A stretch of DNA of 64,000 nt, taken from positions 24,924,001-24,988,000 of the forward strand of contig OZ024740.1 in NCBI GenBank assembly GCA_964016885.1, written 5' to 3'. Shown here one piece after another: positions 41,957 through 57,257 of the stretch. This DNA is from Eledone cirrhosa. Its lineage: Eukaryota. The number at the start of each line of letters is the position of its first letter. Position 1 is the stretch's first letter. The translations under genes were made by a program, and so were the position numbers. The notes beneath the pieces are model-generated. The model had not been told where the DNA came from, made no database searches, and saw only the letters and a program-made list of their open reading frames with translations.

Positions 41957-44900
41957 CACAGGAAGTTGTAGTGACATTGTGACATTGTCAGATATTGGAG
42001 TTACAGGAAGTTGTAGTGACATTGTGACATGTTAAGCTATTGGAGTTACAGGAAGTTTTAGTGACATTCTGACATGGTCAGATATTGGAGTTACAGGAAG
42101 TTTTAGTGACAATGTGACATGGTCAGCTATTGGAGTTACAGGAAGTTCTGGTGACAATGCGACATGGTCAGATATTGGAGTTACAGGAAGGTCTAGTGAC
42201 ATTGTGACATGGTCAGCTATTAGAGTCACAGGAAGTTGTAGTGACATTGTGACATGGTCAGCTATTGGAGTTACAGTAAATTGTAGTGACATGGTGACAT
42301 GGTCAGCTATTGGAGTTACAGGAAGTTCTAGTGACATTGTGACATGGTCAGATATTGGAGTTACAGGAAGTTCTAGTGACATTGTGACATGGTCAGATAT
42401 TGGAATTACAGGAAGTTGTTGTGACATTGTGACACGTTCAGATATTAGAGTTACAGGAAGTTCTAGTGACATTGTGACATGGTCAGATATTGGAGTTACA
42501 GGAAGATGTAGTGACATTGTGACATGGTCAGCTATTGGAGTTACAGGAAGTTCTATTGACATTGTGACATGGTCAGCTATAGGAGTTACAGGAAGTTCTA
42601 GTGACATTATGACATGGTCACCTATTGGAGTTACAGGAAGTTGTATTGACAATGTGACATGTTCAGCTATTGGAGTTACAGGAAGTTCTAGTGACAATGT
42701 GACATGGTCAGCTACTGGAGTTACAGGAAGTTGTAGTGACATTGTGACATGTTCAGATATTGGAGTTACAGGAAGTTCTAGTGACAATGTGACATGGTCA
42801 GCTATTGGAGTTACAGGAAGTTCTAGTGACATTGTGAAATGGTCAGATAGTGGAGTCACAGGAAGTTGTAGTGACATTGTGACATTGTCAGATATTGGAG
42901 TTACAGGAAGTTGTAGTGACATTGTGACATGTTAAGCTATTGGAGTTACAGGAAGTTCTAGTGACATTCTGACATGGTCAGATATTGGAGTTACAGGAAG
43001 TTTTAGTGACAATGTGACATGGTCAGCTATTGGAGTTACAGGAAGTTCTGGTGACAATGCGACATGGTCAGATATTGGAGTTACAGGAAGGTCTAGTGAC
43101 ATCGTGACATGGTCAGCTATTAGAGTCACAGGAAGTTGTAGTGACATTGTGACATGGTCAGCTATTGGAGTTACAGTAAATTGTAGTGACATGGTGACAT
43201 GGTCAGCTATTGGAGTTACAGGAAGTTCTAGTGACAATGTGACATGGTCAGATATTGGAGTTACAGGAAATTCTAGTGACATTGTGACATGGTCAGATAT
43301 TGGAGTTACATTAAGTTGTAGTGACATCGTGACATGGTCAGATATTGGAGTTACAGGAAGTTTTAGTGAAGATGTGACATCGTCTGCTATTGGAGTTACA
43401 GGAAGTTCTAGTGACAATGTGACATGGTCAGCTATTGGAGTTACAGGAAGTTGTAGAGACATTGTGTGACATGGTCAGCTATTGGAGTTACAGGAAGTTG
43501 TAGTGACATTGTCACATGGTTAGCTATTGTAGTTAGAGTAAGTTCTATTGACATTCTGACATGTTCAGATATTGGAGCTACAGGAAGTTCTAGTGACATT
43601 GTGACATGGTCAGATATTGGAGTTACAGGAAGTTCTAGTGACATTGTGACATGATCAGATATTGGAGTTACAGGAAGTTGTTGTGACATTGTGACACGTT
43701 GAGATATTGGAGTTACAGGAAGTTCTAGTGACATTGTGACATGGTCAGATATTGGAGTTACAGGAAGTTGTAGTGACATTGTGACATGGTCAGCTATTGG
43801 AGTTACAGGAAGTTCTAGTGACATTGTGACATGATCAGATATTGGAGTTACAGGAAGTTGTTGTGACATTGTGACACGTTCAGATATTGGAGTTACAGGA
43901 AGTTCTAGTGACATTGTGACATGGTCAGATATTGGAGTTACAGGAAGTTGTAGTGACATTGTGACATGGTCAGCTATTGGAGTTACAGGAAGTTCTAGTG
44001 ACAATGTGACATGGTCAGATATTGGAGTTACAGGAAGTTCTAGTGACATTGTGACATGGTCAGATATTGGAGTTACATGAAGTTGTAGTGACATCGTGAC
44101 ATGGTCAGATATTGGAGTTACAGGAAGTTTTAGTGAAGATGTGACATGGTCAGCTATTGGAGTTACAGGAAGTTCTAGTGACAATGTGACATGGTCAGCT
44201 ATTGGAGTTATAGGAAGTTGTAGTGACATTGTCACATGGTCAGCTATTGTAGTTACAGTAAGTTCTATTGACATTGTTACATGTTCAGATATTGGAGCTA
44301 CAGGAAGTTCTAGTGACATTGTGACTTGGTCAGATATTGGAGTTACAGGAAGTTCTAGTGACATTGTGACATGATTAGATATTGGAGTTACAGGAAGTTG
44401 TTGTGACATTGTAACACGTTCAGATATTGGAGTTACAGGAAGTTCTAGTGACATTGTGACATGGTCAGATATTGGAGTTACAGGAAGTTGTAGTGACATT
44501 GTGACATGGTCAGCTATTGGAGTTACAGGAAGTTCTAGTGACAATGTGACATGGTCAGATATTGGAGTTACAGGAATTTCTAGTGACATTGTGACATGGT
44601 CAGCTATTGGAGTTGCAGGAAGTTCTATTGACATTGTGACATGGTCAGCTATTGGAGTTACAGGAAGTTATGGTGACATTGTGACATGGTCAGCTATTGG
44701 AGTTATGGGAAGTTATAGTGACAATGTGACATGGTCAGCTATTGGAGTTACAGGAAGTTCTACTGACATTGTGAAATGGTCAGATATTGGAGTCACAGGA
44801 AGCTGTAGTGATATTGTGACATTGTCAGATATTGTAGTTACAGGAAGTTGTAGTGACATTGTGACATGTTAAGCTATTGGAGTTACAGGAAGTTCTAGTG

Positions 44901-47900
44901 ACATTGTGACATGGTCAGATATTGGAGTTACAGGAAGTTCTAGTGACAATGTGACATGGTCAGCTATTGGAGTTACAGTAAATTGTAGTGACATAGTGAC
45001 ATGGTCAGCTATTGGAGTTACAGGAAGTTCTAGTGACAATGTGACATGTTCAGATATTGGAGTTACAGGAAGATCTATTGACATTGTGACATTGTCAGAT
45101 ATTGGAGCTACAGGAAGTTCTAGTGACAATGTGACATGGTCAGCTATTGGAGTTACAGGAAGGTCTAGTGACATTGTGACATGGTCAGATATTGGAGTTA
45201 CATGAAGTTGTAGTGACATCGTGACATGGTCAGATATTGGAGTTACAGGAAGTTTTAGTGACGATGTGACATGGTCAGCTATTGGAGTTACAGGAAGTTC
45301 TATTGACAATGTGACATGGTCAGCTATTGGAGTTACAGGAAGTTGTAGAGACATTGTGTGACATGGTCAGCTATTGGAGTTACAGGAAGTTGTAGTGACA
45401 TTGTCACATGGTCAGCTATTGTAGTTACATTAAGTTCTATTGACATTGTGACATGTTCAGATATTGGAGCTACAGGAAGTTCTAGTGACATTGTGACATG
45501 GTCAGATATTGGAGTTACAGGAAGTTCTAGTGACATTGTGACATGGTCAGATATTGGAATTACAGGAAGTTGTTGTGACATTGTGACACGTTCAGATATT
45601 AGAGTTACAGGAAGTTCTAGTGACATTGTGACATGGTCAGATATTGGAGTTACAGGAAGATGTAGTGACATTGTGACATGGTCAGCTATAGGAGTTACAG
45701 GATGTTCTGGTGACATTATGACATGGTCACCTATTGGAGTTACAGGAAGTTGTAGTGACAATGTGACATGTTCAGCTATTGGTGTTACAGGAAGTTCTAG
45801 TGACAATGTGACATGGTCAGCTACTGGAGTTACAGGAAGTTGTAGTGACATTGTGACATGTTCAGATATTGGAGTTACAGGAAGTTCTAGTGACAATGTG
45901 ACATGGTCAGCTATTGGAGTTACAGGAAGTTCTAGTGACATTGTGAAATGGTCAGATAGTGGAGTCACAGGAAGTTGTAGTGACATTGTGACATTGTCAG
46001 ATATTGGAGTTACAGGAAGTTGTAGTGACATTGTGACATGTTAAGCTATTGGAGTTACAGGAAGTTCTAGTGACATTCTGACATGGTCAGATATTGGAGT
46101 TACAGGAAGTTTTAGTGACAATGTGACATGGTCAGCTATTGGAGTTACAGGAAGTGCTGGTGACAATGCGACATGGTCAGATATTGGAGTTACAGGAAGG
46201 TCTAGTGACATTGTGACATGGTCAGCTATTAGAGTCACAGGAAGTTGTAGTGACATTGTGACATGGTCAGCTATTGGAGTTACAGTAAATTGTAGTGACA
46301 TGGTGACATGGTCAGCTATTGGAGTTACAGGAAGTTCTAGTGACATTGTGACATGGTCAGATATTGGAGTAACAGGAAGTTCTAGTGACATTGTGACATG
46401 GTCAGATATTGGAATTACAGGAAGTTGTTGTGACATTGTGACACGTTCAGATATTAGAGTTACAGGAAGTTCTAGTGACATTGTGACATGGTCAGATATT
46501 GGAGTTACAGGAAGATGTAGTGACATTGTGACATGGTCAGCTATTGGAGTTACAGGAAGTTCTATTGACATTGTGACATGGTCAGCTATAGGAGTTACAG
46601 GAAGTTCTGGTGACATTATGACATGGTCACCTATTGGAGTTACAGGAAGTTGTATTGACAATGTGACATGTTCAGCTATTGGAGTTACAGGAAGTTCTAG
46701 CGACAATGTGACATGGTCAGCTACTGGAGTTACAGGAAGTTGTAGTGACATTGTGACATGTTCAGATATTGGAGTTACAGGAAGTTCTAGTGACAATGTG
46801 ACATGGTCAGCTATTGGAGTTACAGGAAGTTCTAGTGACATTGTGAAATGGTCAGATAGTGGAGTCACAGGAAGTTGTATTGACATTGTGACATTGTCAG
46901 ATATTGGAGTTACAGGAAGTTGTAGTGACATTGTGACATGTTAAGCTATTGGAGTTACAGGAAGTTCTAGTGACATTCTGACATGGTCAGATATTGGAGT
47001 TACAGGAAGTTTTAGTGACAATGTGACATGGTCAGCTATTGGAGTTACAGGAAGTTCTGGTGACAATGCGACATGGTCAGATATTGGAGTTACAGGAAGG
47101 TCTAGTGACATTGTGACATGGTCAGCTATTAGAGTCACAGGAAGTTGTAGTGACATTGTGACATGGTCAGCTATTGGAGTTACAGTAAATTGTAGTGACA
47201 TGGTGACATGGTCAGCTATTGGAGTTACAGGAAGTTCTAGTGACAATGTGACATGGTCAGATATTGGAGTTACAGGAAGTTCTAGTGACATTGTGACATG
47301 GTCAGATATTGGAGTTACATGAAGTTGTAGTGACATCGTGACATGGTCAGATATTGGAGTTACAGGAAGTTTTAGTGAAGATGTGACATCGTCTGCTATT
47401 GGAGTTACAGGAAGTTCTAGTGACAATGTGACATGGTCAGCTATTGGAGTTACAGGAAGTTGTAGAGACATTGTGTGACATGGTCAGCTATTGGAGTTAC
47501 AGGAAGTTGTAGTGACATTGTCACATGGTTAGCTATTGTAGTTAGAGTAAGTTCTATTGACATTCTGACATGTTCAGATATTGGAGCTACAGGAAGTTCT
47601 AGTGACATTGTGACATGGTCAGATATTGGAGTTACAGGAAGTTCTAGTGACATTGTGACATGATCAGATATTGGAGTTACAGGAAGTTGTTGTGACATTG
47701 TGACACGTTGAGATATTGGAGTTACAGGAAGTTCTAGTGACATTGTGACATGGTCAGATATTGGAGTTACAGGAAGTTGTAGTGACATTGTGACATGGTC
47801 AGCTATTGGAGTTACAGGAAGTTCTAGTGACATTGTGACATGATCAGATATTGGAGTTACAGGAAGTTGTTGTGACATTGTGACACGTTCAGATATTGGA

Positions 47901-48491
47901 GTTACAGGAAGTTCTAGTGACATTGTGACATGGTCAGATATTGGAGTTACAGGAAGTTGTAGTGACATTGTGACATGGTCAGCTATTGGAGTTACAGGAA
48001 GTTCTAGTGACAATGTGACATGGTCAGATATTGGAGTTACAGGAAGTTCTAGTGACATTGTGACATGGTCAGATATTGGAGTTACATGAAGTTGTAGTGA
48101 CATCGTGACATGGTCAGATATTGGAGTTACAGGGAGTTTTAGTGAAGATGTGACATGGTCAGCTATTGGAGTTACAGGAAGTTCTAGTGACAATGTGACA
48201 TGGTCAGCTATTGGAGTTATAGGAAGTTGTAGTGACATTGTCACATGGTCAGCTATTGTAGTTACAGTAAGTTCTATTGACATTGTTACATGTTCAGATA
48301 TTGGAGCTACAGGAAGTTCTAGTGACATTGTGACTTGGTCAGATATTGGAGTTACAGGAAGTTCTAGTGACATTGTGACATGATTAGATATTGGAGTTAC
48401 AGGAAGTTGTTGTGACATTGTAACACGTTCAGATATTGGAGTAACAGGAAGTTCTAGTGACATTGTGACATGGTCAGATATTGGAGTTACA
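41951..48491. repeat. Tandem duplication with 4,009-bp period (89 monomers), second copy partial
   Basis: ORF offsets 42032->46041, 42932->46941 and 43441->47450. Private variants CATCGTCTGC 43381/47390, CGTTGAGAT 43701/47710 and GACTTGG 44326/48335. Confidence 0.92.
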
Positions 48492-51400
48492 TGAAGTTGT
48501 AGTGACATCGTGACATGGTCAGATATTGGAGTTACAGGAAGTTTTAGTGACGATGTGACATGGTCAGCTATTGGAGTTACAGGAAGTTCTAGTGACAATG
48601 TGACATGGTCAGCTATTGGAGATATAGGAAGTTGTAGAGACATTGTGTGACATGGTCAGATATTAGAGTTACAGGAAGTTGTAGTGACATTGTCACATGG
48701 TCAGCTATTGTAGTTACATTAAGTTCTATTGACATTGTGACATGTTCAGATATTGGAGCTACAGGAAGTTCTAGTGACATTGTGACATGGTCAGATATTG
48801 GAGTTACAGGAAGTTCTAGTGACATTGTGACATGGTCAGATATTGGAGTTACAGGAAGTTGTTGTGACATTGTGACACGTTCAGATATTGGAGTTACAGG
48901 AAGTTCTAGTGACATTGTGACATGGTCAGATATTGGAGTTACATGAAGTTGTAGTGACATTGTGACATGGTCAGCTATTGGAGTTACAGGAAGTTCTAGT
49001 GACAATGTGACATGGTCAGATATTGGAGTTACAGGAATTTCTAGTGACATTGTGACATGGTCAGCTATTGGAGTTGCAGGAAGTTCTATTGACATTGTGA
49101 CATGGTCAGCTATTGGAGTTACAGGAAGTTATGGTGACATTGTGACATGGTCAGCTATTGGAGTTATGGGAAGTTATAGTGACAATGTGACATGGTCAGC
49201 TATTAGAGTTACAGGAAGTTCTAGTGACATTGTGAAATGATCAGATATTGGAGTCACAGGAAGTTGTAGTGATATTGTGACATTGTCAGATATTGTAGTT
49301 ACAGGAAGTTGTAGTGACATTGTGACATGTTAAGCTATTGGAGTTACAGGAAGTTCTAGTGACATTGTGACATGGTCAGATATTGGAGTTACAGGAAGTT
49401 CTAGTGACAATGTGACATGGTCAGCTATTGGAGTTACAGTAAATTGTAGTGACATAGTGACATGGTCAGCTATTGGAGTTACAGGAAGTTCTAGTGACAA
49501 TGTGACATGTTCAGATATTGGAGTTACAGGAAGATCTATTGACATTGTGACATTGTCAGATATTGGAGCTACAGGAAGTTCTAGTGACAATGTGACATGG
49601 TCAGCTATTGGAGTTACAGGAAGGTCTAGTGACATTGTGACATGGTCAGATATTGGAGTTACATGAAGTTGTAGTGACATCGTGACATGGTCAGATATTG
49701 GAGTTACAGGAAGTTTTAGTGACGATGTGACATGGTCAGCTATTGGAGTTACAGGAAGTTCTATTGACAATGTGACATGGTCAGCTATTGGAGTTACAGG
49801 AAGTTGTAGAGACATTGTGTGACATGGTCAGCTATTGGAGTTACAGGAAGTTGTAGTGACATTGTCACATGGTCAGCTATTGTAGTTACATTAAGTTCTA
49901 TTGACATTGTGACATGTTCAGATATTGGAGCTACAGGAAGTTCTAGTGACATTGTGACATGGTCAGATATTGGAGTTACAGGAAGTTCTAGTGACATTGT
50001 GACATGGTCAGATATTGGAGTTACAGGAAGATGTAGTGACATTGTGACATGGTCAGCTATTGGAGTTACAGGAAGTTCTATTGACATTGTGACATGGTCA
50101 GCTATAGGAGTTACAGGAAGTTCTGGTGACATTGTGACATGGTCACCTATTGGAGTTACAGGAAGTTGTTGTGACATTGTGACACGTTCAGATATTAGAG
50201 TTACAGGAAGTTCTAGTGACATTGTGACATGCTCAGATATTGGAGTTACAGGAAGATGTAGTGACATTGTGACATGGTCAGCTATTGGAGTTACAGGAAG
50301 TTCTATTGACATTGTGACATGGTCAGCTATAGGAGTTACAGGAAGTTCTGGTGACATTGTGACATGGTCACCTATTGGAGTTACAGGAAGTTGTTGTGAC
50401 ATTGTGACACGTTCAGATATTAGAGTTACAGGAAGTTCTAGTGACATTGTGACATGCTCAGATATTGGAGTTACAGGAAGTTGTAGTGACAATGTGACAT
50501 GTTCAGCTATTGGAGTTACAGGAAGTTCTAGTGACAATGTGACATGGTCAGCTATTGGAGTTACAGGAAGTTGTAGTGACATTGTCACATGTTCAGATAT
50601 TGGAGTTACAGGAAGTTCTAGTGACAATGTGACATGGTCAGCTATTGGAGTTACAGGAAGTTCTAGTGACATTGTGAAATGGTCAGATAGTGGAGTCACA
50701 GGAAGTTGTAGTGACATTGTGACATTGTCAGATATTGGAGTTACAGGAAGTTGTAGTGACATTGTGACATGTTAAGCTATTGGAGTTACAGGAAGTTCTA
50801 GTGACATTCTGACATGGTCAGATATTGGAGTTACAGGAAGTTTTAGTGACAATGTGACATGGTCAGCTATTGGAGTTACAGGAAGTTCTAGTGACAATGC
50901 GACATGGTCAGATATTGGAGTTACAGGAAGTTCTAGTGACATTGTGACATGGTCAGCTATTAGAGTTACAGGAAGTTGTAGTGACATTGTGACATGGTCA
51001 GCTATTGGAGTTACAGTAAATTGTAGTGACATGGTGACATGGTCAGCTATTGGAGTTACAGGAAGTTCTAGTGACAATGTGACATGTTCAGATATTGGAG
51101 TTACAGGAAGATCTATTGACATTGTGACATTGTCAGATATTGGAGCTACAGGAAGTTCTAGTGACAATGCGACATGGTCAGCTATTGGAGTTACAGGAAG
51201 TTCTAGTGACATTGTGACATGGTCAGATATTGGAGTTACATGAAGTTGTAGTGACAATGTGACATGGTCAGCTATTGAAGTTACAGGAAGTTGTAGAGAC
51301 ATTGTGTGACATGGTCAGCTATTGTAGTTACAGTAAGTTCTATTGACATTGTGACATGTTCAGATATTGGAGCTACAGGAAGTTCTAGTGACATTGTGAC

Positions 51401-52137
51401 ATGGTGAGATATTGGAGTTACAGGAAGTTCTAGTGACATTGTGCCATGGTCAGATATTGGAGTTACAGTATGTTGTTGTGACATTGTGACACGTTCAGAT
51501 ATTGGAGTTACAGGAAGTTCTAGTGACATTGTGACATGGTCAGATATTGGAGTTACAGGAAGTTCTAGTGATAATGTGACATGGTGAGATATTGGAGTTA
51601 CAGGAAGTTCTAGTGACAATGTGACATGGTCAGATATTGGAGTTACAGGAAGTTCTAGTGACATTGTGACATGGTCAGCTATTGGAGTTACAGGAAGTTC
51701 TATTGACATTGTGACATGGTCAGCTATTGGAGTTACAGGAATTTATGGTGACATTGTGACATGGTCAGCTATTGGAGTTATGGGAAGTTTTAGTGACAAT
51801 GTGACATGGTCAGCTATTGGAGTTACAGGAAGTTCTAGTGACAATGTGACATGGTCAGCTATTGGAGTTACAGGAAGTTCTAGTGACATTGTGAAATGGT
51901 CAGATATTGGAGTCACAGGAAGTTGTAGTGATATTGTGACATTGTGACATTGTCAGATATTGGAGTTACAGGAAGTTGTAGTGACATTGTGACATGTTAA
52001 GCTATTGGAGTTACAGGAAGTTCTAGTGACATTGTGACATGTTCAGATATTGGAGTTACAGGAAGTTCTAGTGACAATGTGACATGGTCAGCTATTGGAG
52101 TTACAGGAAGTTCTGGTGACAATGTGACATGGTCAGA

Positions 52138-55100
52138 TATTGGAGTTACAGGAAGTTCTAGTGACATTGTGACATGGTCAGCTATTAGAGTTACAGGAAG
52201 ATGTAGTGACATTGTGACATGGTCAGCTATTGGAGTTACAGTAAATTGTAGTGACATGGTGACATGGTCAGCTATTGGAGTTACAGGAAGTTCTAGTGAC
52301 AATGTGACATTGTCAGATATTGGAGCTACAGGAAGTTCTAGTGACAATGTGACATGGTCAGCTATTGGAGTTATAGGAAGTTCTAGTGACATTGTGACAT
52401 GGTCAGATATTGGAGTTACATGAAGTTGTAGTGACATCGTGACATGGTCAGACATTGGAGTTACAGGAAGTTTTAGTGACGATGTGACATGGTCAGCTAT
52501 TGGAGTTACAGGAAGTTCTAGTGACAATGTGACATGGTCAGCTATTAGAGTTACAGGAAGTTGTAGACATTATGTGACATGGTCAGCTATTGGAGTTACA
52601 GGAAGTTGTAGTGACATTGTCACATGGTCAGCTATTGTAGTTACAGTAAGTTCTATTGACATTGTGACATGTTCAGATATTGGAGCTACAGGAAGTTCTA
52701 GTGACATTGTGACATGATCAGATATTGGAGTTACAGGAAGTTCTAGTGACATTGTGACATGGTCAGATATTGGAGTTACAGGAAGTTGTTGTGACATTGT
52801 GACACGTTCAGATATTGGAGTTACAGGAAGTTCTAGTGACATTGTGACATGTTCAGATATTGGAGTTACAGGAAGTTGTAGTGACATTGTGACATGGTCA
52901 GCTATTGGTGTTACAGGAAGTTCTAGTGACAATGTGACATGGTCAGATATTGGAGTTACAGGAAGTTCTAGTGACATTGTGACATGTTCAGATATTGGAG
53001 CTACAGGAAGTTCTAGTGACATTGTGACATGGTCAGATATTGGAGTTACAGGAAGTTCTAGTGACATTGTGACATGGTCAGATATTGGAGTTACAGGAAG
53101 TTGTTGTGACATTGTGACACGTTCAGATATTGCAGTTACAGGAAGTTCTAGTGATATTGTGACATGGTCAGATATTGGAGTTACAGGAAGTTGTAGTGAC
53201 ATTGTGACATGGTCAGCTATTGGTGTTACAGGAAGTTCTAGTGACAATGTGACATGGTCAGATATTGGAGTTACAGGAAGTTCTAGTGACATTGTGATAT
53301 GGTCAGCTAATGGAGTTACAGGAAGTTCTATTGACATTGTGACATGGTCAGCTATAGGAGTTACAGGAAGTTCTGGTGACATTGTGACATGGTCAGCTAT
53401 TGGAGTTACAGGAAGTTGTAGTGACAATGTGACATTGTTAGATATTGGATCTACAGGAAGTTCTAGTGACAATGTGACATGGTCAGCTATTGGAGTTACA
53501 TGAAGTTGTAGTGACATCGTGACATGGTCAGACATTGGAGTTACAGGAAGTTTTAGTGACGATGTGACATGGTCAGCTATTGGAGTTACAGGAAGTTGTA
53601 GAGACATTGTGTGACATGGTCAGCTATTGGAGTTACAGGAAGTTGTAGTGACATTGTCACATGGTCAGCTATTGTAGTTACAGTAAGTTCTATTGACATT
53701 GTGACATGTTCAGATATTGGAGCTATAGGAAGTTCTAGTGACATTGTGACATGGTCAGATATTGGAGTTACAGGAAGTTCTAGTGACATTGTGACATGGT
53801 CAGATATTGGAGTTACAGGAAGTTGTTGTGACATTGTGACACGTTCAGATATTGGTGTTACAGGAAGTTCTAGTGACATTGTGACATGTTCAGGTAGTGG
53901 AGTTACAGGAAGTTGTAGTGACATTGTGACATGGTCAGCTATTGGTGTTACAGGAAGTTCTAGTGACAATGTGACATGGTCAGATATTGGAGTTACAGGA
54001 AGTTCTAGTGACATTGTGACATGTTCAGATATTGGAGCTACAGGAAGTTCTAGTGACATTGTGACATGGTCAGATATTGGAGTTACAGGAAGTTCTAGTG
54101 ACATTGTGACATGGTCAGATATTGGAGTTACAGGAAGTTGTTGTGACATTGTGACACGTTCAGATATTGGAGTTACAGGAAGTTCTAGTGAGATTGTGAC
54201 ATGGTCAGATATTGGAGTTACAGGAAGTTGTAGTGACATTGTGACATGGTCAGCTATTGGTGTTACAGGAAGTTCTAGTGACAATGTGACATGGTCAGAT
54301 ATTGGAGTTACAGGAAGTTCTAGTGACATTGTGATATGGTCAGCTATTGGAGTTACAGGAAGTTCTATTGACATTCTGACATGGTCAGCTATAGGAGTTA
54401 CAGGAAGTTCTGGTGACATTGTGACATGGTCAGCTATTGGAGTTACAGGAAGTTGTAGTGACAATGTGACATGTTCAGCTATTGGAGTTACAGGAAGTTC
54501 TAGTGACATTGTGACATGGTCAGCTATTAGAGTTACAGGAAGATGTAGTGACATTGTGACATGGTCAGCTATTGGAGTTACAGTAAATTGTAGTGACATG
54601 GTGACATGGTCAGCTATTGGAGTTACAGGAAGTTCTAGTGACAATGTGACATTGTCAGATATTGGAGCTACAGGAAGTTCTAGTGACAATGTGACATGGT
54701 CAGCTATTGGAGTTATAGGAAGTTCTAGTGACATTGTGACATGGTCAGATATTGGAGTTACATGAAGTTGTAGTGACATCGTGACATGGTCAGACATTGG
54801 AGTTACAGGAAGTTTTAGTGACGATGTGACATGGTCAGCTATTGGAGTTACAGGAAGTTCTAGTGACAATGTGACATGGTCAGCTATTAGAGTTACAGGA
54901 AGTTGTAGACATTATGTGACATGGTCAGCTATTGGAGTTACAGGAAGTTGTAGTGACATTGTCACATGGTCAGCTATTGTAGTTACAGTAAGTTCTATTG
55001 ACATTGTGACATGTTCAGATATTGGAGCTACAGGAAGTTCTAGTGACATTGTGACATGATCAGATATTGGAGTTACAGGAAGTTCTAGTGACATTGTGAC

Positions 55101-56895
55101 ATGGTCAGATATTGGAGTTACAGGAAGTTGTTGTGACATTGTGACACGTTCAGATATTGGAGTTACAGGAAGTTCTAGTGACATTGTGACATGTTCAGAT
55201 ATTGGAGTTACAGGAAGTTGTAGTGACATTGTGACATGGTCAGCTATTGGTGTTACAGGAAGTTCTAGTGACAATGTGACATGGTCAGATATTGGAGTTA
55301 CAGGAAGTTCTAGTGACATTGTGACATGTTCAGATATTGGAGCTACAGGAAGTTCTAGTGACATTGTGACATGGTCAGATATTGGAGTTACAGGAAGTTC
55401 TAGTGACATTGTGACATGGTCAGATATTGGAGTTACAGGAAGTTGTTGTGACATTGTGACACGTTCAGATATTGCAGTTACAGGAAGTTCTAGTGATATT
55501 GTGACATGGTCAGATATTGGAGTTACAGGAAGTTGTAGTGACATTGTGACATGGTCAGCTATTGGTGTTACAGGAAGTTCTAGTGACAATGTGACATGGT
55601 CAGATATTGGAGTTACAGGAAGTTCTAGTGACATTGTGATATGGTCAGCTAATGGAGTTACAGGAAGTTCTATTGACATTGTGACATGGTCAGCTATAGG
55701 AGTTACAGGAAGTTCTGGTGACATTGTGACATGGTCAGCTATTGGAGTTACAGGAAGTTGTAGTGACAATGTGACATTGTTAGATATTGGATCTACAGGA
55801 AGTTCTAGTGACAATGTGACATGGTCAGCTATTGGAGTTACATGAAGTTGTAGTGACATCGTGACATGGTCAGACATTGGAGTTACAGGAAGTTTTAGTG
55901 ACGATGTGACATGGTCAGCTATTGGAGTTACAGGAAGTTCTAGTGACAATGTGACATGGTCAGCTATTGGAGTTACAGGAAGTTGTAGAGACATTGTGTG
56001 ACATGGTCAGCTATTGGAGTTACAGGAAGTTGTAGTGACATTGTCACATGGTCAGCTATTGTAGTTACAGTAAGTTCTATTGACATTGTGACATGTTCAG
56101 ATATTGGAGCTATAGGAAGTTCTAGTGACATTGTGACATGGTCAGATATTGGAGTTACAGGAAGTTCTAGTGACATTGTGACATGGTCAGATATTGGAGT
56201 TACAGGAAGTTGTTGTGACATTGTGACACGTTCAGATATTGGTGTTACAGGAAGTTCTAGTGACATTGTGACATGTTCAGGTAGTGGAGTTACAGGAAGT
56301 TGTAGTGACATTGTGACATGGTCAGCTATTGGTGTTACAGGAAGTTCTAGTGACAATGTGACATGGTCAGATATTGGAGTTACAGGAAGTTCTAGTGACA
56401 TTGTGACATGTTCAGATATTGGAGCTACAGGAAGTTCTAGTGACATTGTGACATGGTCAGATATTGGAGTTACAGGAAGTTCTAGTGACATTGTGACATG
56501 GTCAGATATTGGAGTTACAGGAAGTTGTTGTGACATTGTGACACGTTCAGATATTGGAGTTACAGGAAGTTCTAGTGAGATTGTGACATGGTCAGATATT
56601 GGAGTTACAGGAAGTTGTAGTGACATTGTGACATGGTCAGCTATTGGTGTTACAGGAAGTTCTAGTGACAATGTGACATGGTCAGATATTGGAGTTACAG
56701 GAAGTTCTAGTGACATTGTGATATGGTCAGCTATTGGAGTTACAGGAAGTTCTATTGACATTCTGACATGGTCAGCTATAGGAGTTACAGGAAGTTCTGG
56801 TGACATTGTGACATGGTCAGCTATTGGAGTTACAGGAAGTTGTAGTGACAATGTGACATGTTCAGCTATTGGAGTTACAGGAAGTTCTAGTGACA
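52138..56895. repeat. Tandem duplication with 2,342-bp period (2,387 after a one-monomer indel)
   Basis: ORF offsets 52570->54912, 52754->55096 and 53586->55973. Shared TAGACATTATG, TTGCAG, GCTAATGG, GGATCTAC, CAGGTAGTGG and GTGAGATT variants. Confidence 0.92.
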
Positions 56896-57257
56896 ATGTG
56901 ACATGGTCAGCTATTGGAGGTACAGGAAGTTGTAGTGACATTGTGACATGGTCAGCTATTGGAGTTACAGGAAGTTCTAGTGACATTGTGACATGTCATA
57001 TATTGGAGTTACAGGAAGTTCTAGTGATAATGTGACATGGTCAGCTATTGGAGTTACAGGAAGCTCTGGTGACAATGTGACATGGTCAGATATTGGAGTT
57101 ACAGGAAGTTCTAGTGACATTGTGACATGGTCAGCTATTGGAGTTACAGGAAGTTGTAGTGACATTGTGAAATGATCAGCTATTGGAGTTACAGGAATTT
57201 GTAGTGACATTGTGTGACATGGTCAGCTATTGGAGATACAGGAAGTTCTGGTGACAA

